Under the pieces are notes generated by a model. The model searched no databases. It saw only the letters and a program-made list of their open reading frames with translations, and was not told where the DNA came from. Shown here piece after piece: positions 1 through 9,467 of a stretch of DNA of 48,133 nucleotides. A program made the translations under genes and the position numbers. How positions within the stretch are numbered: position 1 is the stretch's first letter; every line of letters starts with the position of its first letter. Origin of the DNA: Bacillota bacterium (GTDB taxonomy: Bacteria > Bacillota > Clostridia > Oscillospirales > Oscillospiraceae); contig JAQYBZ010000017.1 in NCBI GenBank assembly GCA_029003235.1, positions 1-48,133 of the forward strand, given 5' to 3'.

Positions 1-2
1 CC

Positions 3-395
3 ACGGGCTACGGCATCGTCATGCCCGCCCCGGAGGAGATGACGCTGGATGTGCCGGAGATTATCCACAAAGGCGGCAGCTATGGCGTGCGGCTCAAGGC
101 CGGCGCGCCCAGCATCCACATGATGCGGGCCGACATCGTCACGGAGCTCAGCCCGATGGTGGGCGACGAAAAGCAGAGCGAGGACTTGCTCAACTATCTG
201 CTCAGTGAATATGAGGGAAACACGGAAAAGCTCTGGGAGAGCAATATCTTTGGAAAGTCCCTGTATGAACTGGTAAGTGAGGGACTGAACACCAAGCTGA
301 CCAAAATGCCGGAGGATTCCCGCTTCAAGATCAAGGACGCCCTGACCAAAATCGTGAACGAGGGAGGAAATGGGCTGATTTGTTTGATAGTTTAG
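3..395 (+). CDS. spoIVA: Stage IV sporulation protein A, C-terminal fragment (5' end lies outside the window)
   Basis: The open frame runs from the window edge. The translation ...GYGIVMPAPEEMTLDVPEIIHKGGSYGVRLKAGAPSIHMMRADI...NEGGNGLICLIV matches the conserved SpoIVA C-terminal region (GYGIV, KAxAPSIHM, terminal G-L-I-x-I-I/L). Confidence 0.9.
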   Translation, partial: TGYGIVMPAPEEMTLDVPEIIHKGGSYGVRLKAGAPSIHMMRADIVTELSPMVGDEKQSEDLLNYLLSEYEGNTEKLWESNIFGKSLYELVSEGLNTKLTKMPEDSRFKIKDALTKIVNEGGNGLICLIV

Positions 396-417
396 GTAGT
401 TTATACAAAGATAAGCG

Positions 418-446
418 TTGCATTTTGGCAAATAGTGCTGTATAAT
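418..446 (+). promoter_or_regulatory. Sigma-A type promoter candidate for the aminotransferase/HAD operon
   Basis: TTGCAT (418-423), a 17-nt spacer, then TATAAT (441-446). It lies inside the 5' extension of ORF 435..1760, which argues for a downstream start codon. Confidence 0.5.
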
Positions 447-482
447 CATCCAAAAGCGGTTCGTACCAAGGAGGAGATTCTT

Positions 483-1760
483 GTGGGTACATATGCCAAA
501 ATGCGGCCGGAGGAGCTGAAACGGGAATACTGCTATATGCAGAAGAATTTCAGCGACCTGCAGGCAAGAGGCCTGAAACTCAACATGGCGCGGGGAAAGC
601 CCGGCAGGGAACAACTGGATTTGGTGTCCGATCTGCTGGGGGTGCTGGCCACACCGGAGGACTGCGTGTGCGACGGCATCGACGTGCGCAACTACGGCGA
701 GCTGACGGGGCTTCCGGCGGCAAAGCGCCTGTTTGCGGAGCTGTTGGGCTGCCGCCCGGAGCAGTGCATCGTCGGCGGCAACGCCAGCCTGCAGCTCATG
801 TACGACACCATTGCCAAGGCCTATACCCACGGCCGTGTGGGCAGCGTCCGCCCCTGGGCGCAGGAGAAGACTATCAAATGGTTGTGTCCGGCGCCCGGCT
901 ATGACCGCCATTTCAAGATCTCCGAGAGCTTCGGCATGGAAATGATTACCGTCCCCATGCTGGCCACGGGGCCGGATATGGAGCTGGTAGAGCGGCTGGT
1001 GCAGGATCCGGATGTGCGGGGCATGTGGTGTGTACCCAAGTATTCCAACCCCGACGGGATTATTTATTCCGACGAGACCATTGACCGCATCGCCGCCTTA
1101 AAGCCCGCCGCGCCGGACTTTACCCTCATGTGGGATAACGCCTATTGCGTCCATGAATTTGACGGTGCGTTTGTGCCCTTCCGGGATATGCTTTCCCTGT
1201 GTGCCGACCATGGCAACGCAGATATGGTCTTTGAATTTGCATCCACCTCCAAGATCACCATGCCCGGCGCGGGCGTTTCCGTGGTGGCCTGCAGTGAGAC
1301 CAATGTGGCCTGGCTGAAAAAGCTGATGGCCGTTCAGACCATTTCCTTTGACAAGGTCAACCAGCTTCGCCATGTGCGCTATTTGCAGGACAAAGATCAC
1401 ACCCTGACGCTTATGCGCCGTCACGCCGCCATTCTGAAACCCAAGTTTGACTGCGTGACCAACACACTGCAGCAGCAGGTGGGCTCTCTGGGCATCGCTA
1501 CCTGGAACAAGCCCAAGGGCGGCTATTTCGTCAGCGTCTATACCAGCCCGGGGCTGGCAAAGCGCACGCTGGAGCTGTGCGGGCAGGCCGGCGTGGTCAT
1601 GACGCCTGCCGGTGCCACCTATCCCTATGGGGTGGATCCCCAGGACAGCAACATCCGCATTGCCCCCAGTCTGCCGCCTGTGCAGGAGCTGGAGGACGCC
1701 ATGGAGATCTTCTGCACCTGCCTGAAACTGGCTGCGCTGGAGCAGCTTCTGCAAAAGTGA
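483..1760 (+). CDS. Class I/II-fold PLP-dependent aminotransferase
   Basis: ORF 435..1760. I prefer the GTG at 483, which sits 8 nt after GGAGG (470-474) and downstream of the promoter. Supporting motifs are LNMARGKPGREQLDL, NPDG and ASTSKITMPGAG (PLP-lysine context). Confidence 0.85.
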   Translation: MGTYAKMRPEELKREYCYMQKNFSDLQARGLKLNMARGKPGREQLDLVSDLLGVLATPEDCVCDGIDVRNYGELTGLPAAKRLFAELLGCRPEQCIVGGNASLQLMYDTIAKAYTHGRVGSVRPWAQEKTIKWLCPAPGYDRHFKISESFGMEMITVPMLATGPDMELVERLVQDPDVRGMWCVPKYSNPDGIIYSDETIDRIAALKPAAPDFTLMWDNAYCVHEFDGAFVPFRDMLSLCADHGNADMVFEFASTSKITMPGAGVSVVACSETNVAWLKKLMAVQTISFDKVNQLRHVRYLQDKDHTLTLMRRHAAILKPKFDCVTNTLQQQVGSLGIATWNKPKGGYFVSVYTSPGLAKRTLELCGQAGVVMTPAGATYPYGVDPQDSNIRIAPSLPPVQELEDAMEIFCTCLKLAALEQLLQK

Positions 1761-2389
1761 AGCGGGGGATCATCTGGGATCTGGACGGGACGCTGTGGGA
1801 CTCGTCCACTCCCGTTCGTGATGCGTGGAACGCGTGGATGGAGCGCCACGGCTTTGACCGGCGCTTTACCAGAGAGCAGATGCGGGGCTACTGCGGCAAA
1901 ACGCTGGAGCAGATCGCCGCGCTGGTGTTTCCCGATGTGCCGGAGGCCGAGCGCAACGCCCGCGTGTACGGCTGCTGCGATCTGGAAAACGAATTTCTGG
2001 CGGAAAGAGGCGGCATTCTGTATCCCCAGGAGCGGCAGGTGCTGTGCCGCTTGGCGGAGCAGTACCATATGTCCATTGTCAGCAACTGCGGTCAGGGCTA
2101 TATCGAGGCCTATCTGACGGCTCACCATATGTGGCCGCTGTTCGACGACAGGGAAAACGCCGTCAATACAGGCATGGGAAAGGCGGAAAACATCCGCCTT
2201 GTAATGGAACGCAACGGGCTGGACTGCGCCGTCTATGTGGGCGACACCCAGGGCGACTGGCAGGCCGCCACCCGGGCGGGAGCGGTGTTTGTCCATGCGG
2301 CCTACGGCTTTGGCCAGGCGCCTGAGGCCGAGTGGCGCATTGCTTCTCTGACAGAGCTGCCCGCTGTGCTGGAACGGATTTTTTCATAA
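1757..2389 (+). CDS. HAD-superfamily hydrolase (phosphoglycolate phosphatase-like)
   Basis: The start GTG at 1757 overlaps the upstream stop (GTGA). It has the DxDGT motif (IIWDLDGTLWDS) and a C-terminal VGDTQGD motif. The N-terminal 60 aa of ORF 1577..2389 overlap the aminotransferase and are Arg/Gly-rich shadow sequence. Confidence 0.8.
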   Translation: MKRGIIWDLDGTLWDSSTPVRDAWNAWMERHGFDRRFTREQMRGYCGKTLEQIAALVFPDVPEAERNARVYGCCDLENEFLAERGGILYPQERQVLCRLAEQYHMSIVSNCGQGYIEAYLTAHHMWPLFDDRENAVNTGMGKAENIRLVMERNGLDCAVYVGDTQGDWQAATRAGAVFVHAAYGFGQAPEAEWRIASLTELPAVLERIFS

Positions 2390-2397
2390 TGCCAAAA

Positions 2398-2435
2398 GCG
2401 CAGAGCCGACGATCCAGCCGGCTCCGCGCTTTTTT
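2398..2435 (+). terminator. Rho-independent terminator after the HAD gene
   Basis: GCGCAGAGCCG (2398-2408) pairs with CGGCTCCGCGC (2419-2429) with one mismatch, followed by TTTTTT (2430-2435). Confidence 0.7.
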
Positions 2436-2501
2436 GCGGATTGGGAAAAAAGAAGTGCAATTTATAAAAAAGTATGGTATGATACCATGGAGGTGTTATC
2501 T

Positions 2502-2711
2502 ATGAGTGAAGAAATGAACCACGAGCTGTTAAAGGCAACGGCGGAAGAGAGCATGAAAGAAGCGGAAAAAAAGCGGCAGGAGGAACAGCAGAACAGCACG
2601 CCTGACGCCGAGGTGCCCCGTCCCAAATTCCAGCGCGTACTGGCGTTGGTACTGGCCTGTCTGGTAATCATCGGCGTCATTCTATCCTATTACTATATTG
2701 CCAATTCCTGA
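2502..2711 (+). CDS. Small hypothetical membrane protein (acidic/lysine-rich N-terminus, one C-terminal TM helix)
   Basis: ATG at 2502 lies 7 nt after GGAGGTG. The product MSEEMNHELLKATAEESMKEAEKKRQEEQQ...FQRVLALVLACLVIIGVILSYYYI has a single hydrophobic helix. I recognise no family. Confidence 0.5.
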   Translation: MSEEMNHELLKATAEESMKEAEKKRQEEQQNSTPDAEVPRPKFQRVLALVLACLVIIGVILSYYYIANS

Positions 2712-2715
2712 CGCC

Positions 2716-3225
2716 ATGAGAATTCTGGGAATCGACCCCGGCTACGCCACAACGGGCTTCGGCCTGCTTCACGCTCAGCGCGGCGCCATGCGGCTGCTGC
2801 AGTACGGCCAGATCACCACGCCCAAGGACTTGCCCTTTGAGCAGCGCCTTGTCATGCTCTATGACGATATGATGCGGCTCATCGAGGCCACCAAGCCCGA
2901 CGTGGCCGCCGTAGAGGAACTGTTCTGGGGTCACAATATCACCACGGGCATCGGCGTTTCCCACGGACGGGGCGTGATCCTGCTGGCCATCGCCAAGTCC
3001 GGCGTGGAAATGGCGGAATATACGCCCATGCAGGTCAAACAGGCGGTGGTGGGCTACGGCAACGCGGAAAAACGTCAGGTCATGGAGATGACCCGGCGGA
3101 TCCTTCACATGGAGCGGGTGGCCAAGCCGGACGACGCCGCCGACGCCATTGCCATTGCCCTGTGCCACGCCAGAGCTACTTCGTCTCTGCTGGCCGGGCT
3201 GGAGTCAAAAAAGACGGGAAGGTAG
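2716..3225 (+). CDS. ruvC: Crossover junction endodeoxyribonuclease RuvC
   Basis: MRILGIDPGYATTGFG... and ...AKPDDAADAIAIALCH are canonical RuvC catalytic-acid motifs. It lies directly upstream of ruvA/ruvB. Confidence 0.9.
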   Translation: MRILGIDPGYATTGFGLLHAQRGAMRLLQYGQITTPKDLPFEQRLVMLYDDMMRLIEATKPDVAAVEELFWGHNITTGIGVSHGRGVILLAIAKSGVEMAEYTPMQVKQAVVGYGNAEKRQVMEMTRRILHMERVAKPDDAADAIAIALCHARATSSLLAGLESKKTGR

Positions 3226-3228
3226 ACC

Positions 3229-3831
3229 ATGTTTTATTATCTGACTGGAAAAATCACGGTGATGGAAGCCAATCTTGCGGTGGTGGACTGCGGCGGCGTG
3301 GGCTATGCCTGCCATACCACGGCCTATACCCTTTCCCGGCTGCACATGGGCGAGGAGCACCGGCTGTATACCTACTGCAATATCCGGGAGGACGCCTTTG
3401 ATATTTACGGCTTCGGCTCCCGGGAGGAGCTGCGCTGCTTTGAGCTGCTGCTGGGCGTCACCGGCGTGGGACCCAAGGCGGCGTTGGCGATCCTGTCCGT
3501 GACTACGCCGGATCAGTTCACCCTTGCGGTAATGACCGGCGATGAGAAGACCATGACCATGGCGCCCGGCGTGGGCAAAAAGCTGGCGCAGCGAATCATT
3601 TTGGAGCTGAAGGACAAAATGGGCGGCGAGCTGGACGTCTCCGCCGGTGTCAGCGCTCCCGCGGGCATGTCTGCCCCGGTGGGAGGCAAGACGGCCACTG
3701 CCACAGCCGCCCTGGCGGAGCTGGGCTACTCTCAGACGGAGATTGCCGCCGCCCTCAAGGGCGCGGACACGGACAAGCTGTCCGTGGAAGAACTGGTGCG
3801 CTATGCGCTGCGCGCCATGGTGCTGCGATAA
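3229..3831 (+). CDS. ruvA: Holliday junction branch migration complex subunit RuvA
   Basis: MFYYLTGKI...VVDCGGVGY... together with the HhH region LLGVTGVGPKAALAILS and PGVGKKLAQRIILELKDK. Confidence 0.92.
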   Translation: MFYYLTGKITVMEANLAVVDCGGVGYACHTTAYTLSRLHMGEEHRLYTYCNIREDAFDIYGFGSREELRCFELLLGVTGVGPKAALAILSVTTPDQFTLAVMTGDEKTMTMAPGVGKKLAQRIILELKDKMGGELDVSAGVSAPAGMSAPVGGKTATATAALAELGYSQTEIAAALKGADTDKLSVEELVRYALRAMVLR

Positions 3832-3843
3832 GGAGAAACGGGC

Positions 3844-4881
3844 ATGAGTATTGATTTTTCACAGAATTATGACGCCCCTCTGGTGACCAGCGCTCTGACG
3901 CCACAGGACGAAAACGAGTTTTCCCTGCGCCCCAGGACCCTGTCGGACTACACGGGGCAGGAGAAGGCCAAGGAGAATCTGGCGGTCTATATCGAGGCGG
4001 CAAAGCGCAGGGGAGAACCGCTGGATCATGTGCTGCTCTACGGCCCTCCGGGGCTGGGCAAGACCACCCTTGCAGGGGTCATTGCCAACGAAATGGGCGT
4101 TAATATCCGGGTGACCTCCGGCCCCGCCATTGAAAAGGCCGGAGATCTGGCGGCGCTGCTGACCAACCTGAATCCCGGCGATATTCTGTTCATTGACGAG
4201 ATCCACCGGCTGAACCGGGCGGTGGAGGAGATCCTCTATCCCGCCATGGAGGACTATGCCATCGATATTATCGTGGGCAAGGGGCCTTCGGCCAACCCCA
4301 TCCGGCTGGATCTGCCCCGCTTTACCCTGATCGGCGCCACCACCCGGGCAGGGCAGTTGTCCTCGCCCCTGCGTGACCGGTTTGGCGTGTCTCTGCGGCT
4401 GGAGCTGTACACCACCCAGGAGCTGGCGCGCATTGTGACCCGTTCGGCCACCCTGCTGGGCATGCAGATCGACCCGGACGGCGCTAAGGAGATCGCCTCC
4501 CGCAGCCGGGGGACGCCGCGTATCGCCAACCGGATGCTCCGCCGGGTGCGGGACTTCGCCCAGATCTATAACGACGGCGTCATCTCCCGGCAGGCTGCTG
4601 ACCATGCCCTGAACCGGCTGGAGGTGGACGCTTTGGGTCTGGATGCCATTGACCGCAGGATGCTGCGCTCCGTCATCACCAATTACGGCGGCGGCCCCGT
4701 GGGCTTGGAGACGCTGGCGGCCACCATCGGGGAAGAGGCCGTGACCCTGGAGGATGTGTACGAGCCCTATCTGATGCAGATCGGCTTTCTGACCCGCACG
4801 CCCCGGGGACGGTGCGCCACCCCGCTGGCCTATGAACATTTGGGGTTGGAAGCCCCCGGCCAGCAGGCGTTTCCGTTGTAA
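3844..4881 (+). CDS. ruvB: Holliday junction DNA helicase RuvB
   Basis: [19 protein letters not shown], Walker [14 protein letters not shown], Walker [11 protein letters not shown], and [18 protein letters not shown]. Confidence 0.95.
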   Translation: MSIDFSQNYDAPLVTSALTPQDENEFSLRPRTLSDYTGQEKAKENLAVYIEAAKRRGEPLDHVLLYGPPGLGKTTLAGVIANEMGVNIRVTSGPAIEKAGDLAALLTNLNPGDILFIDEIHRLNRAVEEILYPAMEDYAIDIIVGKGPSANPIRLDLPRFTLIGATTRAGQLSSPLRDRFGVSLRLELYTTQELARIVTRSATLLGMQIDPDGAKEIASRSRGTPRIANRMLRRVRDFAQIYNDGVISRQAADHALNRLEVDALGLDAIDRRMLRSVITNYGGGPVGLETLAATIGEEAVTLEDVYEPYLMQIGFLTRTPRGRCATPLAYEHLGLEAPGQQAFPL

Positions 4882-4992
4882 CGGCAGTTATGGAAAGGGC
4901 GAATTTTGTGGAAAGCGACTAATTTTGCCCTGTATAAAATGTAAATATACAACAAAAATAGGAATCTTGGGGAAAAAATCAAGAATCTGCTG

Positions 4993-5020
4993 TTGACAGA
5001 CGGGGGTTCGATGGTATAAT
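4993..5020 (+). promoter_or_regulatory. Strong sigma-A promoter candidate upstream of sigH
   Basis: TTGACA (4993-4998), a 16-nt spacer, then an extended -10 TGgTATAAT (5012-5020). Confidence 0.6.
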
Positions 5021-5039
5021 ATCTAAAAGGTAAACATTT

Positions 5040-5627
5040 ATGGCTTTTTTAGATTGCAACCTTTCAGATTCTGAGCTTCTGCGGCACAGCGCCGTTTCCG
5101 ACGACGCACTGGAACTGCTGATCAGCCGCTATGCCAGACTTGTCCGCGCCTGTGCCCGTCCCTTTTTCCTCGTCGGCGGCGACCACGAGGATCTTTTACA
5201 GGAGGGGATGATCGGCCTGCTTACGGCCATCCGGCAGTACGACCCGGACAGCGAGACCCCGTTTTCTTCCTTTGCAGCAGTTTGCATACGAAACAGATTG
5301 ATTTCCGTCGTCCGCATGGCGGCCGCTCAAAAGCACACGCCCCTGAACGACTCGGTTTCTCTTTATGCCTGCTCTTTTGAATGGATGACCAACGATGCTC
5401 CTGAGGCCGATCCTGAGGCATTCTGTATCGGCAAGGAGAGCTTTGCAGAGTTCCAAAACGCACTGGAAAACCTGCTTTCCCCCTTTGAAAAGCAGGTGTT
5501 GGGGCTTTATCTCAAGGGCTACTCCTATCAGGAAATTGCCGATTCCTTTCACAAGTCCGCAAAATCGGCGGACAACGCTGTTCAGCGCATCCGAAAAAAG
5601 GCGGAACAGCTTCTTTCCCGGCGATAA
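5040..5627 (+). CDS. sigH: Sigma-70 family RNA polymerase sigma factor, SigH-like (early sporulation/stationary phase)
   Basis: The region 2 segment DHEDLLQEGMIGLLTAIRQYD and the QKHTPLNDSVSLY segment resemble Bacillus SigH (QKHIPLNSYVSL). The C-terminal HTH is GYSYQEIADSF. Confidence 0.8.
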   Translation: MAFLDCNLSDSELLRHSAVSDDALELLISRYARLVRACARPFFLVGGDHEDLLQEGMIGLLTAIRQYDPDSETPFSSFAAVCIRNRLISVVRMAAAQKHTPLNDSVSLYACSFEWMTNDAPEADPEAFCIGKESFAEFQNALENLLSPFEKQVLGLYLKGYSYQEIADSFHKSAKSADNAVQRIRKKAEQLLSRR

Positions 5628-5725
5628 CGGCGCTGCCGTTCGCAATATTTTATGTCCCTGTGTTAGACCAGCAAAAATTTGATGGCATTTTCGTCAGGGC
5701 AAAAAGCAAAAGAGAGGTATAAACC

Positions 5726-6004
5726 ATGTACGAAGACAAGACTTTAGTTTGCAAAGAATGCGGTAAGGAGTTCGTGTTCACCGCCGGTGAGCAGGAGTTC
5801 TATGCTGAGAGAGGCTTCCAGAACGAGCCCCAGCGCTGCAAGGCTTGCCGTGACGCTCGCAAGAATGCCGCCCGTGGCCCCAGAGAGTACTTCACCGCGG
5901 TCTGCGCCGCTTGCGGCAAGGAAGCAAGAGTTCCCTTTGAGCCCAAGTCCGACAGACCCGTCTATTGCAGCGAGTGCTTTGCAAAGATGAGAGAGAACGG
6001 CTAA
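5726..6004 (+). CDS. Zinc-ribbon domain protein (four CxxC pairs; zf-trcl-like)
   Basis: CKECGKEF...CKACRDARK...CAACGKEA...CSECFAKM. An RBS (AGAGAGG) lies upstream and a strong terminator downstream. Confidence 0.8.
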   Translation: MYEDKTLVCKECGKEFVFTAGEQEFYAERGFQNEPQRCKACRDARKNAARGPREYFTAVCAACGKEARVPFEPKSDRPVYCSECFAKMRENG

Positions 6005-6024
6005 TCTTAACAGAAAAGCAAAGG

Positions 6025-6053
6025 ACGCCCGCAGAGTTCTGCGGGCGTTTTTT
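6025..6053 (+). terminator. Rho-independent terminator
   Basis: ACGCCCGCAG (6025-6034), a 4-nt loop, CTGCGGGCGT (6039-6048), then a T-run to 6053. Confidence 0.75.
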
Positions 6054-6119
6054 AAGCCCTGCACAAAACCTGCCGTTCCGAAACCGAAACGAAGGCGGGG
6101 GTCTCAGGGAGGAACGACC

Positions 6120-6662
6120 ATGGTGAAACTCTATCTGTCATACATCCGGCCGGAGGAAGACCAGACCGAAGCCGGTCGCAGGCTGCTGGAAACGGCCTGG
6201 AGCGCGTTTTCCCCGGAGCCCATGCCGCCCGTATGCAGGCGGGCACAGGGCAAGCCCTGCTTTTTGGATGTGCCGCTTCATTTCAGCATTGCCCATTCCG
6301 GTAGGCGGGTTCTGTGCGCCGTCAGCGATCGCCCGGTTGGAGCGGACGTGGAGCGCCTGCGTGTCTACAACCGGCGGCTGGAACAGCGGGTGCTGCGGCC
6401 GCCGGAATTGGCGGAGCTATCCGCCGCTGCCGGCCGGACGGAGGCGTTTTTCACCCTCTGGACGCGGAAAGAGGCCTATTTGAAGCTGACCGGGGAGGGG
6501 TTGTCGGGACTGGCTGCCTGCCCGGTCATGCCGCTGGCGGACGGGTGCTTACAGGCCGGCGGCCAAGGCCTGCATCTTTACACGCAGCCCGACGGAGAAT
6601 GGGTCTGGAGCCTGTGCGCGCTGAGCCACACGCCCCCGGAAGTTACGGAAATAAAAGCATGA
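6120..6662 (+). CDS. 4'-phosphopantetheinyl transferase, Sfp type
   Basis: GKPCFLDVPLHFSIAHSG, VGADVER and FTLWTRKEAYLKLTG are the three PPTase signature motifs. Confidence 0.85.
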   Translation: MVKLYLSYIRPEEDQTEAGRRLLETAWSAFSPEPMPPVCRRAQGKPCFLDVPLHFSIAHSGRRVLCAVSDRPVGADVERLRVYNRRLEQRVLRPPELAELSAAAGRTEAFFTLWTRKEAYLKLTGEGLSGLAACPVMPLADGCLQAGGQGLHLYTQPDGEWVWSLCALSHTPPEVTEIKA

Positions 6663-6694
6663 CGCGCTGCAATCCGCAGCGCGTCATTTTGTTT
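6661..6694. terminator. Hairpin terminator shared by convergent genes (PPTase and CapA-like)
   Basis: GACGCGCTGC (6661-6670), a 5-nt loop, GCAGCGCGTC (6676-6685), then ATTTTGTTT. Confidence 0.65.
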
Positions 6695-7967
6695 ACTTTT
6701 GAATCTGAAAATCGGATTGGGTCTGTTCTTTCAGAGCATCCACCGTCTCCTGCAGGCGCTGGCACAGCGCCTCGGGAATGCGCTCGTAATAGTTGCTGTT
6801 GTACAGGGAAATGGCGTTAAGGGAATCGTAGATTCTGTAGTGGCTGATGCCCAGCTCCGCAGACGGCGCACCCGTATAGGTGGGCGTATAGGTCACGTCG
6901 GTGAGGCGGGTTTTGCCGCCGTTCTTGGTAAAGGTCAGGTTGAGAATGCAGCCGTACATGGAACGCGACTCCGCGGAGGTCGTCAGAAAATCACCCAGGC
7001 TGTAGGCCACGAACACATCGTTGGAGGCGCCCAGCAGCGTGCTGGCCGTCTGTTTTTCCATGGGGCCCACGATGTGGGAGTGGGAGCCGATGATCACGTC
7101 CACATCGTTTTCAAACAGGAGTTCAGCAATGGCCTTTTGGGAGTCGGTGACCTCGGCGTCGTTTTCGCTGCCCCAGTGGAGCATGGCGATGATCACGTCG
7201 GGCTGAGCGTCCTTGGCAGCATTGATTCTGGATACGATGGCGTCCTCGTCCATGTCGGAATAGGTGGTATCGTAGTCTGTGTAGAGCAGATCCACGCAGT
7301 ACTCGTCGGCTTCCGGCAGGCGCATATTGCTCAGCCCCTTGGTAAAGCCAAGGAAAGCGAAGCGGATGCCGTTGACCTCTTTTACCACCACGCCGCCGGC
7401 TTCCTTTTCCTCGGCGGAGACGTAGGTGCCAAGGGCGGCCATGCCGTTGGCTTCGATATATTTTTTGGTGGACTGCAGGCCGGAAATGCCGTTTTGGATG
7501 CTGCGGGAATTGGCGGTCTGCAAAATGTCAAAACCGCAGTCTGCCAGCGCCTGCAAAAAGGATTCGGGGTAGCGGAAACCGTCCGGGTCAGCGCTGCCGT
7601 CACATACGTTACCCTCCAGATTGCCTACGGCCAGGTCCGCCGAGGAAATGGTCTGCATGACCTGTTCAAAGCAGGCGGAATAATCGCAGATGCCGTTGCC
7701 GGAAGTAAAATCCCTGAGCTGCTGAGAGGACAGGGAAATGTCTCCCACCGCCGCGATGGTGGCGGTTTTGGGGGTCGTGTCGACGGCCTCGGGATGGGTG
7801 CGGACATAATGGCGGTGCAGGCAGATAAACAGCACGGCCAGCAGAATCAGGCTCACGCCAATGGGGATCACCCAGCGCAGAATCTTGTTTCTTCGCAGCA
7901 CGGCCTGCACCTTACGCTTGTATTGAAGCTGTTCTTCCAGACTTTCCGGCGGCTTCGGCTCAGACAT
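6693..7967 (-). CDS. CapA-family (PGA_cap metallophosphatase-like) membrane-anchored protein
   Basis: An N-terminal TM helix (WVIPIGVSLILLAVLFICL) is followed by AAVGDISL...NLEG...ANSRS...MLHWGSEN...VIIGSHSH, typical of CapA/PGA_cap. Confidence 0.85.
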   Translation of the reverse strand: MSEPKPPESLEEQLQYKRKVQAVLRRNKILRWVIPIGVSLILLAVLFICLHRHYVRTHPEAVDTTPKTATIAAVGDISLSSQQLRDFTSGNGICDYSACFEQVMQTISSADLAVGNLEGNVCDGSADPDGFRYPESFLQALADCGFDILQTANSRSIQNGISGLQSTKKYIEANGMAALGTYVSAEEKEAGGVVVKEVNGIRFAFLGFTKGLSNMRLPEADEYCVDLLYTDYDTTYSDMDEDAIVSRINAAKDAQPDVIIAMLHWGSENDAEVTDSQKAIAELLFENDVDVIIGSHSHIVGPMEKQTASTLLGASNDVFVAYSLGDFLTTSAESRSMYGCILNLTFTKNGGKTRLTDVTYTPTYTGAPSAELGISHYRIYDSLNAISLYNSNYYERIPEALCQRLQETVDALKEQTQSDFQIQK

Positions 7968-8074
7968 GGCAATCCCTCCTTCGCTACTATTGTACTATAG
8001 TATGTCAAGGGGGCAAAAATTTTAGTTGGCGAAAGAGAGATTCTGTGATATACTGTGACAATAATGGGAGGTTT

Positions 8075-8905
8075 ATGGCCATGGCTGCAAAGAAAAAGAA
8101 AAAAGCGCCCGGAAAAAACACCGCCGGACTGATTTGCTGTCTGGTGCTGCTGCTGTGCGCCGTTGTGTTTGCGGTCAAGAGCTGCAGCCTTAGAAGCGGC
8201 GTCTTCTGGACTTCCGACAGCCAACAGTCTGTCCAGGATCCTTTGCCCACCAATGCGCGAAGCGCCGAGGCCTTTTCTCAGCAGGACGGACGCATTACTT
8301 ACCCCGGCGCGCTGCAGGGAGTGGATGTGTCCTCCCATCAGGGGCAGATCGACTGGGCGTCGGTCAAGGCGTCGGGAATCTCCTTTGCCGTCATTCAGGT
8401 GGGCTACCGGGGCTACGGCTCCGGGCAGATCAACGCCGATGAACGCTTTGCCCAGAATATCGAGGGGGCGCTGGCGGCCGGACTGGATGTGGGGGTCTAC
8501 TTCTTTTCTCAGGCCACCTCGGAGGATGAGGCCGTGGAGGAGGCGGAGTTTGTGCTGGAGGCCGTGGCTGGTTACGATCTTGCCTATCCCATCTTTTTTG
8601 ACTGGGAGCAGATCGAGGGTGCCGAGCGTACCGCCGACGTTACGCCCCAGGACATATCGGACTTTTCCCAGGCGTTCTGTAAGCATATCACGCAGGCGGG
8701 CTATGATGCGGGCGTTTATTTCAATCAAATCTACGGCTATTCCGTCATGGAGCTGCACGAGCTGCGGGACTATGCTTTCTGGCTGGCGGAATATGACGAC
8801 TACCCCTCTTTTTACTATGACGTGAAATTCTGGCAGTATACCGGTTCCGGCACGGTGCCCGGCATTTCCACAGTTGTGGATCTGGATCTGTACTTTACAG
8901 ACTGA
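8075..8905 (+). CDS. Glycoside hydrolase family 25 muramidase (lysozyme), membrane-anchored
   Basis: ATG at 8075 follows GGGAGG. The product has a Lys-rich N-terminus plus a TM helix, then GVDVSSHQGQIDW...FAVIQVGYRG...GVYFFSQA...FFDWE...WQYT (GH25 motifs). Confidence 0.85.
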   Translation: MAMAAKKKKKAPGKNTAGLICCLVLLLCAVVFAVKSCSLRSGVFWTSDSQQSVQDPLPTNARSAEAFSQQDGRITYPGALQGVDVSSHQGQIDWASVKASGISFAVIQVGYRGYGSGQINADERFAQNIEGALAAGLDVGVYFFSQATSEDEAVEEAEFVLEAVAGYDLAYPIFFDWEQIEGAERTADVTPQDISDFSQAFCKHITQAGYDAGVYFNQIYGYSVMELHELRDYAFWLAEYDDYPSFYYDVKFWQYTGSGTVPGISTVVDLDLYFTD

Positions 8906-8934
8906 CAGACAAAAACAGAAATCTGGAGAAGACT

Positions 8935-9420
8935 ATGAAGAAAATTCTGGACAAGACCTTCTGGCTCTATGTGGGGCTGGGCATTTTGAATTACGGCTTT
9001 TGCAGCGTCATTATGCTGTTTTTCAAAAACGTGGTGCGGCTGGGCGACACGCCGTGTCTGATTATCTCGTTTACGCTGCAGACTTCCATTTCCTTTATCC
9101 TCAATCGCTTTGTGACCTTCCGGGGACTTCACATTTCCCGGTATTGGCCGCTGCTGTTCGTATGCTCCATTGCCGTGTGCTATGTGACGGCAAAGGTGCT
9201 GCTGAAAAAGGTCTTTGAGCTGCTCATTGTTCTGCCGTTCTTTGACGGGATTGTGCAGTGGCTGTTCGGCCTGCTCAAGCCTCAGATGGCCTACGGCCTG
9301 TTCCGGGAAAATCTGGTGCTGCTGGCCTGCACCTTTACCTACTGTGTCATCAACTATGTGGGGCAGCGCTATTTTGTATTCCGCCCGGTGAAGGAAAAAC
9401 CGGAAACCCGGCAGGCGTAA
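8935..9420 (+). CDS. GtrA-family membrane protein
   Basis: There are four predicted TM segments, LNRFVTFRG and a C-terminal GQRYFVFR, as in GtrA-like proteins. Confidence 0.8.
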   Translation: MKKILDKTFWLYVGLGILNYGFCSVIMLFFKNVVRLGDTPCLIISFTLQTSISFILNRFVTFRGLHISRYWPLLFVCSIAVCYVTAKVLLKKVFELLIVLPFFDGIVQWLFGLLKPQMAYGLFRENLVLLACTFTYCVINYVGQRYFVFRPVKEKPETRQA

Positions 9421-9435
9421 CAAAAAACGAAAAAA

Positions 9436-9466
9436 CTGCGGCTGAAGCACTTCAGCCGCAGTTTTG
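9436..9466. terminator. Bidirectional hairpin terminator (gtrA-like and ansA converge)
   Basis: CTGCGGCTGAA (9436-9446), a 4-nt loop, TTCAGCCGCAG (9451-9461). It is flanked by an A-run upstream and a T-run downstream. Confidence 0.7.
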
Positions 9467-9467
9467 T

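Noticed and set aside
1577-1756. A 60-codon N-terminal extension of the HAD hydrolase ORF, and similar 5' extensions of ORFs 435, 2698, 8045, 10691, 12621, 18315, 20351, 26874 and 29611.
   Set aside because: The extensions overlap upstream genes or promoters and lack an RBS. Conserved N-terminal motifs and good Shine-Dalgarno sequences support the internal starts reported.
5040-6662. sigH - zinc-ribbon protein - PPTase as a possible functional cluster.
   Set aside because: Each gene has its own promoter or terminator signals (terminator at 6025-6053, about 100-nt gaps). The adjacency looks incidental and nothing in the sequence links them.
6699-8000. A 433-aa plus-strand ORF antisense to the CapA-family gene.
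   Set aside because: It is an Arg/Gly/His/Val-rich low-complexity translation with no motifs, and it fully overlaps a well-supported gene on the other strand. This is a typical shadow ORF of high-G+C DNA. The same reasoning applies to 1098..1754(-), 3859..4839(-), 9636..10460(+) and 10469..11581(-).
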